From assembly GCA_900234795.1 (NCBI GenBank), contig LT962688.1, positions 990,001-1,022,000 of the forward strand: a stretch of DNA of 32,000 nt. The letters run 5' to 3'. Positions 16,003-23,053 of this stretch are shown here, piece after piece. Source of the DNA: Methylorubrum extorquens. Its GTDB lineage: Bacteria; Pseudomonadota; Alphaproteobacteria; Rhizobiales; Beijerinckiaceae. Position 1 is the first letter of the stretch. Every line of letters starts with the position of its first letter. Below the pieces are notes generated by a model. The model made no database searches and was not told the DNA's origin. It saw only the letters and a list, made by a program, of their open reading frames with translations. The position numbers and the translations under genes are program-made.

Positions 16003-17886
16003 GTGACCGACAAAGCTATCGCCGACTACGCCGTGATCGGCGATACCTGCACCACGGCCCTGATCGCCCGAGACGGTTCCCTCGATTGGCTATGCTGGCC
16101 CCGGCATGACGGGCCGGCCGTGTTTCTGGCCTTGCTCGACAGCGAGCGGGGCGGTGCCTGCCGCCTCGTCCTCGACGGCCTGACCGAGATCACCCGCCGG
16201 TATCTGCCCGACACCAACATCCTCGAGACCACCTTCGTCACCGCCACCGGCCGGGCAGTGCTCACCGACTTCATGCCGCTTCACCGGCACGAATCGGTGC
16301 CGGAGGAGGGACCGGACGGCCAAGCGCAAGCTCAGGTAATCCGACGCCTCGCCTGCCGGTCCGGCCGCGTCTCCGGCCGCTGGCGCCTGCGCCCGAGCTT
16401 CGACTACGCCCGCGCCCCGGCCGAGGCTACGACGGAGGGCGAGACCGGTATCCGCTTCCGCGGCGGCGGGGACACCATCCGCGCCGTCTGCGCCGTGCCG
16501 CTCGTCCTCCGCGACGATGAGGCCGAGGGCGCCTTCGCGCTCGGGGCCGGCGAACGCGCCGACCTCGTGATCGTCCACGGCGAAAAGCACGGCGTGGACG
16601 GAGAAGAGCTACCCGGCGCGGTGGATGCCTCGCTTGCCGACACGCGGGCCTATTGGGAGGAATGGTCGGGCCGCTGCACCTACGAGGGGCCCTACCGCGA
16701 GACGGTTTTGCGCAGCGCGCTGACCCTGAAGCTTCTGACGCACGGCCCTTCCGGCGGCATCGTCGCCGCCGCGACGGCGGGGCTGCCCGAGGCGGTGCCG
16801 GGCAACCGCAACTACGATTACCGCTACGTCTGGATGCGGGATGCGAGCTTCACCGTCACCGCCTTCGTCAATCTCGGCTACCAGCGCGAGGCCGCCGAGT
16901 TCCTGCGTTTCCTGCGCGAGGCCGATACGAGCCGGGGGCGCGACCTTCACCTGATGTACGCCCTCGACGGTGCGGTGCCGGAGGAAGAATTCCTCGACCA
17001 CCTGCGCGGCTGGCGCGGCATCGGCCCGGTGGGGATCGGCAACGCGGCGGCGGATCAGGAGCAATACGACATCTACGGCGAGTTCCTGGTGGCCCTCCAC
17101 GGCTACCTCGAGGCGGTGGAATACGACCCGCCGGTCAAGGTCAACGACCACCTGCCCGAGGCGCTTCGCCATCTCACCGACCACATCCTGCGGGCCCGTC
17201 ACGCGGCCGACCACGGCCTGTGGGAGATGCGCACGGAGAAGCGCCAAAGCGTGCACACCAAGGCGATGCTCTGGGTCGGTCTCGACCGCGCCGTGCAGAT
17301 CGCCCGCGCCGACCCGAAGCACCGTCTCGCCAGTCCGGACACGATCGCCGGGTGGGAGCGGGCGGCGGCCGAGATCCGAGCGGAATACCATGCGCGGGGC
17401 TGGAACGCGGGGCGCGGCGCCTACACCATGGCCTACGAATCGGACGATCTCGATGCGGCAGTACTGCGCACCGTGCTGTTCGGCGCCTTCGATCCGCACG
17501 ATCCGCGCGTCGCGAAAACCCTGGAGCGGGTCGGCGAGGAACTCGGCGCGGGCGACCTCATCTACCGCTACCGGATCGACGACGGGTTGGAGGGCGAAGA
17601 GGCGACCTTCACCGCCTGCTCCTTCTGGCGGGTCGGCTGTCTGGCGCTGGCCGGCCGCAACGATGAGGCCACCGCCCTGTTCGAGCGGCTGCTGGCGCGA
17701 GGCAACGATCTCGGCCTGTTCGCCGAGGAGATCGATGCGGAAACGGGCGAGCAACGCGGAAACGTACCGCAGGGCTTCACCCATATGGCGGTGATCAACC
17801 ACGCCGTCCGCCTCGCCGCGGCCGACCGCGAGACGCCGACCGAGGAGCCGGATTGCCGGGCAGAGGCCGACGCCGTCCCAGCCTGA
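16003..17886 (+). CDS. Glycoside hydrolase family 15 protein (glucoamylase/trehalase-like)
   Basis: The N-terminus 'DYAVIGDTCTTALIARDGSLDWLCWPRHD' and 'NYDYRYVWMRDASF' are typical of bacterial GH15 proteins. GTG start. Confidence 0.9.
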   Translation: MTDKAIADYAVIGDTCTTALIARDGSLDWLCWPRHDGPAVFLALLDSERGGACRLVLDGLTEITRRYLPDTNILETTFVTATGRAVLTDFMPLHRHESVPEEGPDGQAQAQVIRRLACRSGRVSGRWRLRPSFDYARAPAEATTEGETGIRFRGGGDTIRAVCAVPLVLRDDEAEGAFALGAGERADLVIVHGEKHGVDGEELPGAVDASLADTRAYWEEWSGRCTYEGPYRETVLRSALTLKLLTHGPSGGIVAAATAGLPEAVPGNRNYDYRYVWMRDASFTVTAFVNLGYQREAAEFLRFLREADTSRGRDLHLMYALDGAVPEEEFLDHLRGWRGIGPVGIGNAAADQEQYDIYGEFLVALHGYLEAVEYDPPVKVNDHLPEALRHLTDHILRARHAADHGLWEMRTEKRQSVHTKAMLWVGLDRAVQIARADPKHRLASPDTIAGWERAAAEIRAEYHARGWNAGRGAYTMAYESDDLDAAVLRTVLFGAFDPHDPRVAKTLERVGEELGAGDLIYRYRIDDGLEGEEATFTACSFWRVGCLALAGRNDEATALFERLLARGNDLGLFAEEIDAETGEQRGNVPQGFTHMAVINHAVRLAAADRETPTEEPDCRAEADAVPA

Positions 17887-17919
17887 TCGGCCTATACCAA
17901 CAAAACCAGGCGATCGCGC

Positions 17920-17939
17920 GAAGCCGAGTGAGCGGCTTC
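17920..17939 (+). other. Small hairpin downstream of the GH15 gene
   Basis: GAAGCCG-agtgag-CGGCTTC gives a 7-bp stem 34 nt after the GH15 stop. There is no T-tract, so terminator function is uncertain. Confidence 0.3.
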
Positions 17940-18151
17940 ACGGCGCGGGCTTTTCAGGGCGTGAGCCCCGGACAGCATAGAGCGGAGCGGACGTCCGAGG
18001 AACCGATGCAGTCCGCGGAGGCGGGCGCCGGCGATTGAGGCCAGCAAAAAACCAGAGCTATCGCCTTCAAGCGATGGCCCTCACCGACACAAACCGGACC
18101 GATTGTCGGGCTACCTTGATTCCGAGGGTGCGGCGATGCGGAGGAGATCCG

Positions 18152-18400
18152 ATGCGAAGCTACAACCTGTTCCGCCGCCGGGGCAGGGAAGCGCTTTTCT
18201 GCGCAGTTCCGGAGAGCTGTGCCGTGCCGCGCTTCGTCGGCGGGCGCCGCTGGACCTTCGGCGGGCGAATCGATGAAAGCGCGAGCCCACCCCCCGGCTT
18301 CGACGACCGCGCCGCGGTGACCGCCGTGCGCTTCAACGGCTTCTACCTGTTCCAGTGCCTCGACGAGGGCGGGACGGAGCGGGCGGCCGACGGACCGTAA
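18152..18400 (+). CDS. Small hypothetical protein (82 aa), Cys-containing, no recognised domain
   Basis: A strong SD (GGAGGAG) lies 5 nt upstream of ATG 18152, and GC3 is high. The sequence begins MRSYNLFRRRGREALFCAVPESCAVPRFV and later contains FNGFYLFQC. It resembles small conserved hypotheticals I recall from Rhizobiales, but this is unverified. Confidence 0.6.
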   Translation: MRSYNLFRRRGREALFCAVPESCAVPRFVGGRRWTFGGRIDESASPPPGFDDRAAVTAVRFNGFYLFQCLDEGGTERAADGP

Positions 18401-18481
18401 GCGGGTGCGCAATCATGTCGAGCATTCCTTAACGGCCGGCATGCCAGACAGGCGTGCAGTCAGGCGGGCCGGAGACCGATC

Positions 18482-18928
18482 ATGATCAGCGAGAAGCGCC
18501 AGGAGCCTCGCAAGCGAACCTTTCTCAAGGGACGGATCCACTTCAACAAGGGTGCGTCCAGCATGGACTGCCTCGTCCGGGATTTCTCGGAGATGGGCGC
18601 ACGGCTGGAGTTGAGCGAGACCAACACCCTGCCGGAAACGTTCGACCTCTACATCCCGCAGAAAGAGATCACCCTCCGGTCGAATCTGCGCTGGCGCCGC
18701 GGCGACGCGGTCGGCGTAGCCTTCGCGGAGGTGCAGAAGGCTGCCCCCGAGCCGTCCCCGGCACCGTCGACGGACCCGTCGCTGGCCGTCCTGCTGCGCC
18801 GGATCGCCGAGTTGGAGGCCGAGAATGCCGGCCTGCGCGCGGTGATCGCGTCGATGGGAAGCAGCCTGGGTGCCGGCACGGGAGCGGGCATGGGCGCGGG
18901 ATCGACGAACGGGGTACGGCACGCCTGA
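18482..18928 (+). CDS. PilZ-domain (c-di-GMP-binding type) protein with a C-terminal coiled-coil-like segment
   Basis: An N-terminal 'RQEPRKR' (RxxxR-like) and 'DFSEMGARL' (DxSxxG) give the PilZ signature. The C-terminal part reads 'LAVLLRRIAELEAENAGLRAVIASM'. GGAGA lies 6 nt upstream of the ATG. Confidence 0.8.
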   Translation: MISEKRQEPRKRTFLKGRIHFNKGASSMDCLVRDFSEMGARLELSETNTLPETFDLYIPQKEITLRSNLRWRRGDAVGVAFAEVQKAAPEPSPAPSTDPSLAVLLRRIAELEAENAGLRAVIASMGSSLGAGTGAGMGAGSTNGVRHA

Positions 18929-18934
18929 GCGGAG

Positions 18935-18974
18935 GCGACATCCGCGCCCCCGAGCGGGCGCGAACGGATGTCGC
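18935..18974. terminator. Hairpin at the convergent PilZ/HIT junction
   Basis: GCGACATCCG...CGGATGTCGC forms a 10-bp outer stem, with an inner CGCCC/GGGCG stem and a 4-nt bulge. It lies between stops at 18928 (+) and 18984 (-). Confidence 0.5.
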
Positions 18975-18983
18975 GGAGCCGGC

Positions 18984-19442
18984 TCAGCCCTCGTCCAAAG
19001 CCGCCCGGATGCGCGCGGCATGCTCGGCGAGCACCGCAGGGTCGGCCATGCCGCCCTCGTGGCGCTTCAGCGGCACACCGTCGTGGCGCGGCACGAGGTG
19101 GAAGTGCAGGTGGAACACCGTCTGCCCGCCGGCCGGTTCGTTGTACTGGAACAGCGTCAGCCCGTCGGCCTTGAAGGCCGCCTTCACCGCACGGCCGACC
19201 CGCTGCACCGTGCCGATCACGGCCGCGAGCGTCTGCAGCTCGGCATCGAGCAGCCCGCGCGAGGGCGCCTTCGGGATGACGAGGGTATGGCCCTCGCCCT
19301 GGGGCATCACATCCATGAAGGCGAGGCTGTACTCGTCCTCGTAGACCTTATGCGCGGGGATCTCCCCGCGCAGGATCTTTCCGAAGATGTTGTCCGGATC
19401 GTAGGGCGTCATCGCACGGTTCCTCGCAGAAACGGGCGGCAC
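18984..19442 (-). CDS. HIT (histidine triad) family nucleotide hydrolase/transferase
   Basis: 'IFGKILRGEIPAHKVYEDE' and the histidine triad 'HLHFHLVPR' are present. Confidence 0.9.
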   Translation of the reverse strand: MPPVSARNRAMTPYDPDNIFGKILRGEIPAHKVYEDEYSLAFMDVMPQGEGHTLVIPKAPSRGLLDAELQTLAAVIGTVQRVGRAVKAAFKADGLTLFQYNEPAGGQTVFHLHFHLVPRHDGVPLKRHEGGMADPAVLAEHAARIRAALDEG

Positions 19443-19533
19443 GTTGCACGGGCTGCCTCATCGCAGCAACCTTGACCACTCCGGCGGCGTTGACGAGCCC
19501 GTGACGGCGGCGCGCGCCGCTCAGGAGCGGGAC

Positions 19534-20556
19534 ATGGCCGAAAGCACGGGTGCGATCTACACGGCGGCGGGCGCCAACCTTGCCATCGCGGCGGCAAAAT
19601 TCGTCGGCGCCTTCCTCACCGGCTCGACCGCGATGCTGGCCGAGGGCGCGCACTCGCTGGTGGACACCGCCAACCAGCTCCTGCTGCTGGTCGGTCTGAA
19701 GCGGGCGAAGAAGCCGGCGGACGCCAAGCATCCCTTCGGCTACGGGCGCGAGGTGTATTTCTACGCCTTCATCGTCGCCCTGTTCATCTTCCTCGGCGGC
19801 GGCATCTTCGCGATCTACGAGGGCGCGCACAAGATCGAGCACCCCGAACCCTCCGCCGACGCGACCCTGTTCGGCGTTCAGCTCTCCGGCTTCTGGGTGA
19901 ACGTCTCGATCCTCGGCTTCGCGATCCTGGCGGAGGGCTATTCCTGCTTCGTGGCCGTGAAGGCGTTCTGGGCGGAGAAGGGCCAGCGCAGCGCCATCAC
20001 CGCGATCCAGCGCAGCAAGGACCCGGCGCTCTACACGATCCTCGTGGAGGACGTCGCCGCGCTGATCGGCCTCGTCATCGCCATCGGCGGCGTGGTGCTC
20101 GCGCATGTCCTCGACAAGCCGGCACTCGACGGTTGGGCCTCGATCGGCATCGGCCTCGTTCTGATCGGCATGTCGATCTTCCTGATGATCGAGACCCACG
20201 GCCTGCTGATCGGCGAGGCGGCCGACCCGGCGGTGGTGCGCACGATCCAGGCGGCGGTGTCCGAGGAGAGCGCCGTCCAGCACGTCAACGCGGTGCTGAC
20301 CCAGCATCTCGGCCCCTCGGACATCCTCGTGAACCTCAGCCTCGACTTTGCCGACGAGGTGCCCGCGGGCGAGGTTGAGCGGACGGTGGCGCGGCTGGAG
20401 CAGCGCATCAAGGCGAAGAGCCGCAACGTCACCCGCGTCTTCATCGAGATCCAGTCGCGGAATGCGCATGCCGCCGGGAATGCGCCGACCGATGCGTCCA
20501 CCCCCGCGCCCACGGGCCACGACGCGGCCCCGCCCGGCTCGGCCGTTCCGGCCTGA
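19534..20556 (+). CDS. Cation diffusion facilitator (CDF) family metal efflux transporter
   Basis: 'LAIAAAKFVGAFLTGSTAMLAEGAHSLVDTANQ' and 'HPFGYGREVYF' are present, with six TM helices and a cytoplasmic C-terminal domain. AGGAG lies 6 nt upstream of ATG 19534. Confidence 0.9.
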   Translation: MAESTGAIYTAAGANLAIAAAKFVGAFLTGSTAMLAEGAHSLVDTANQLLLLVGLKRAKKPADAKHPFGYGREVYFYAFIVALFIFLGGGIFAIYEGAHKIEHPEPSADATLFGVQLSGFWVNVSILGFAILAEGYSCFVAVKAFWAEKGQRSAITAIQRSKDPALYTILVEDVAALIGLVIAIGGVVLAHVLDKPALDGWASIGIGLVLIGMSIFLMIETHGLLIGEAADPAVVRTIQAAVSEESAVQHVNAVLTQHLGPSDILVNLSLDFADEVPAGEVERTVARLEQRIKAKSRNVTRVFIEIQSRNAHAAGNAPTDASTPAPTGHDAAPPGSAVPA

Positions 20557-20560
20557 GGGA

Positions 20561-21646
20561 TTACCGCTTCACCCCCTCGCGGGCGAGCAGGGCCGTCTTG
20601 CGTTCCGTGCCCCAGCGATACCCTGAGAGCGCCCCGTCCGAGCGCACCACCCGGTGGCAGGGGATCGCGACGGCCAGCGCGTTGGCGCCGCAGGCCATGG
20701 CCACCGCCCGCACCGCCGCCGGTTCGCCGATGGCGCGGGCGATCTCGGCATAGGTCGCGGTGGTGCCGACCGGGATGCGGCGCAGCGCCTGCCACACCCG
20801 CTGCTGGAAGGCGGTGCCGCCGATGTCGAGGGGCAGGTCGAAAGTGCCCCCCGGCGCCGCGACGAGGCGCACGACCGCGGCCACCGTCGCCGCGAAATCC
20901 GCGTCGCCGGCCACGATCGACGCCTTGGGGAAACGCGCCGTCAGGTCGTGTCGGAGCGCGTCGGCATCGTCGCCGAGCAGGATCGCGCAGACCCCTCGAA
21001 CGGTCGCCGCAACCAGCACGAGCCCGAGGGCACAGGCGTCGGTCGCGAAAAAAATTCGCTCGCCCGCGCCGCCCTTGCGGTAGGCCGACGGGCTCATGCC
21101 GAGCCGCTCCGCGCCGCCCGCGTAGAACCGGCTCGGCGCGCCGTAGCCTGCCGCGTAGACGCTCTCGGTCACGGTTCGGCCCTCGGCGAGGCTGTCGGCG
21201 GCGCGGGCCGCGCGGTGGGCCTGGGCGTAAGCCCGCGGCGTCACGCCGGTGACCGCCTTGAAGATCCGGTGGAAGTGGAACGGGCTCAAAGACGCCGCGC
21301 GGGCGAGCGCGTCGAGGGAAGGCGGCGTCTCCGCCGCCTCGATCAGCCGGCAGGCGCGGGTGATTTTTTCGGCTTGCTGCTCGGACAGAGCGGGTTCGTC
21401 GGGCCGGCAGCGGCGGCAGGGCCGGAAGCCCGCGGCCTCCGCCTCCGCCGATCCGGCATGGAAGGAGAGGTTTTCCGGGCGCGCCGCCCGCGAGGGACAG
21501 CTCGGCCGGCAATAGACCCCCGTGGAGCGCACCGCATAGACGAAACGCCCATCGAAGCCGCCATCGCGCGCGGCGACGGCGGCGCGCATCTCGGCCTCGG
21601 TGAGGGGCGCGGCGTCGGGCGGGACGATTTCGGGTTCGGCGAGCAT
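20561..21646 (-). CDS. ada: Bifunctional Ada: methylphosphotriester-DNA methyltransferase / AraC-type regulator / O6-methylguanine-DNA methyltransferase
   Basis: The N-Ada zinc motif is 'YCRPSCPSR...FRPCRRCRP'. An AraC-type HTH is present ('FHFHRIFKAVTGVTPRAY'). The C-terminal active site is 'PCHRVV'. GGAGGAG lies upstream of ATG 21646. Confidence 0.9.
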   Translation of the reverse strand: MLAEPEIVPPDAAPLTEAEMRAAVAARDGGFDGRFVYAVRSTGVYCRPSCPSRAARPENLSFHAGSAEAEAAGFRPCRRCRPDEPALSEQQAEKITRACRLIEAAETPPSLDALARAASLSPFHFHRIFKAVTGVTPRAYAQAHRAARAADSLAEGRTVTESVYAAGYGAPSRFYAGGAERLGMSPSAYRKGGAGERIFFATDACALGLVLVAATVRGVCAILLGDDADALRHDLTARFPKASIVAGDADFAATVAAVVRLVAAPGGTFDLPLDIGGTAFQQRVWQALRRIPVGTTATYAEIARAIGEPAAVRAVAMACGANALAVAIPCHRVVRSDGALSGYRWGTERKTALLAREGVKR

Positions 21647-21766
21647 CGGCTCCTCCGGGAGAAGGGATGCGGCGATCCTGGCGGATCCGCATGGGGCGCG
21701 CATCCCGTCCCTTGCGGTCAAATCGTTATTCGAGCTCGCTCGCTGCCGATCTCCAGCCCGCACCTT

Positions 21767-21866
21767 ATCCTGAGGTGCCGCGCAGCGGCCTCGAAGGATG
21801 CTCCAGGAAACGCGCGGGACCTGGACGATCCTTCGAGGCTTCCGCTTCGCTCCAGCACCTCAGGAT
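21767..21866. repeat. 100-bp long imperfect palindrome (MITE/REP-like element, family 3)
   Basis: The outer arms are ATCCTGAGGTGC (21767-78) and GCACCTCAGGAT (21855-66). The inner arms, 21788-21807 and 21820-21839, are complementary at 18 of 20 positions around a 12-nt loop. It lies between the M20 gene stop and the ada promoter region. Confidence 0.7.
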
Positions 21867-21895
21867 GAGGGGAGGGTTGGAAGAATGCGGATGGC

Positions 21896-23053
21896 TTATG
21901 CCGCCGTGCGCCGCTCCACCATCCGTGCCAGGTAGGCCGCGCCGAGCGGGATCAGGCTGTCGTCGAAATCGAAGCTCGCATTGTGCAGGCCCGGGCCCGG
22001 CGTAGCGCCGAGCCAGGCATAGGCGCCGGGCACCGCCGCGACCATGTCGGCGAAGTCCTCGCTGCCCATGCGCGGCACGGTATTGGCCTCGACCTTGTCG
22101 GAGCCGAACAGCTCGGCGGCGACCTCGGCGGCGGCCGCCGCCTGCTCGGGATGATTGTCGAGCACCGAGAACACGTCGCGCAGATCCACCTCGATGGTGG
22201 CGCCGTAGGCCGCGGCAAAGCCCGCCGCCAGTTCGCGGATGCGGGTGGCGATCAGCTTGCGCAGATCGGCATCGAAGGTGCGCACGGTGCCGGTGAGATG
22301 CGCGCCCTCGGGGATGACGTTGTAGGCCGCGCCCGCATGGATCTGCGTGACCGAGACCACGGCGGATTTCAGCGGGTTGCTGTTGCGGCTGACGATCGAC
22401 TGCATCGCCTGCACCAGCCCCGTCGCGATCACGATCGGGTCGATGCCCTGATGCGGCATCGCCGCGTGCGCGCCGCGGCCGGTGATGCGGATGTCGAAGA
22501 AATCGGCCGCCGCCATGATCGGGCCGGGCCGGACCTGCAGCACGCCGTGGGGACCGTGGGGCGCGTTGTGGATCGCGTAGATCTCGTCGACTGGGAATTT
22601 CTCGAACAGGCCGTCGGCGATCATCGCGCGGGCCCCGCCCAAACCTTCCTCCGCCGGCTGGAACACGAACACGGCCGTTCCGTCGAAATCGCGGGTCTCG
22701 GCGAGGTAGCGGGCGGCGCCGACCAGCATGGTGGTGTGCCCGTCATGCCCGCAGGCATGCATCTTTCCGGGCACGGTGGAGCGGTAGGGGAGGTTCGTCT
22801 CCTCGGTGATCGGCAGCGCATCCATGTCGGCGCGCAGGCCGATCCGGCGCGCACCCGGCCGGCCCTGCAGCACGCCGACCACGCCGGTCTTGCCCAGCCC
22901 CCGGTGGACCTCGATGCCGAACTTTTCGAGATGCTCGGCGACGATGCCGGAGGTGCGGACCTCCTCGAAGCCGATCTCGGGATGGGCGTGGAGATCCCGC
23001 CGCAGAGCGGTCAGCTCGTCGGCATAGCTGCGGATGCGGTCGATCGTGTTCAT
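21896..23053 (-). CDS. M20-family amidohydrolase (hippurate hydrolase / N-acyl-amino-acid amidohydrolase-like)
   Basis: 'LRRDLHAHPEIGFEE', 'MHACGHDGHT' and 'FQPAEEG' are M20D signatures. ATG 23053 overlaps the upstream gene stop (ATGA). The track ORF extension to 23542 overlaps the upstream gene and is rejected. Confidence 0.9.
   Translation of the reverse strand: MNTIDRIRSYADELTALRRDLHAHPEIGFEEVRTSGIVAEHLEKFGIEVHRGLGKTGVVGVLQGRPGARRIGLRADMDALPITEETNLPYRSTVPGKMHACGHDGHTTMLVGAARYLAETRDFDGTAVFVFQPAEEGLGGARAMIADGLFEKFPVDEIYAIHNAPHGPHGVLQVRPGPIMAAADFFDIRITGRGAHAAMPHQGIDPIVIATGLVQAMQSIVSRNSNPLKSAVVSVTQIHAGAAYNVIPEGAHLTGTVRTFDADLRKLIATRIRELAAGFAAAYGATIEVDLRDVFSVLDNHPEQAAAAAEVAAELFGSDKVEANTVPRMGSEDFADMVAAVPGAYAWLGATPGPGLHNASFDFDDSLIPLGAAYLARMVERRTAA

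Noticed and set aside
16609-17802. A 397-aa minus-strand ORF, and the 16653..17666 and 16970..17794 plus-strand alternate-frame ORFs within the GH15 gene.
   Set aside because: They overlap a well-supported GH15 frame and have no motifs.
21712-21731. An Ada box (AAT-N6-GCAA, as in E. coli) upstream of ada.
   Set aside because: The nearest match on the ada strand is ATT-N5-GCAA within 'gaataacgatttgaccgcaa', which has the wrong spacing and half-site. It is kept only as an AT-rich patch in a low-interest finding.
19348-21868. ORFs 19348..20520(-), 20031..21692(-) and 20654..21868(+), overlapping the CDF and ada genes.
   Set aside because: These are shadow or alternate frames. The CDF and Ada signatures define the true frames. 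The 20654..21868 ORF also runs through the 100-bp palindrome.
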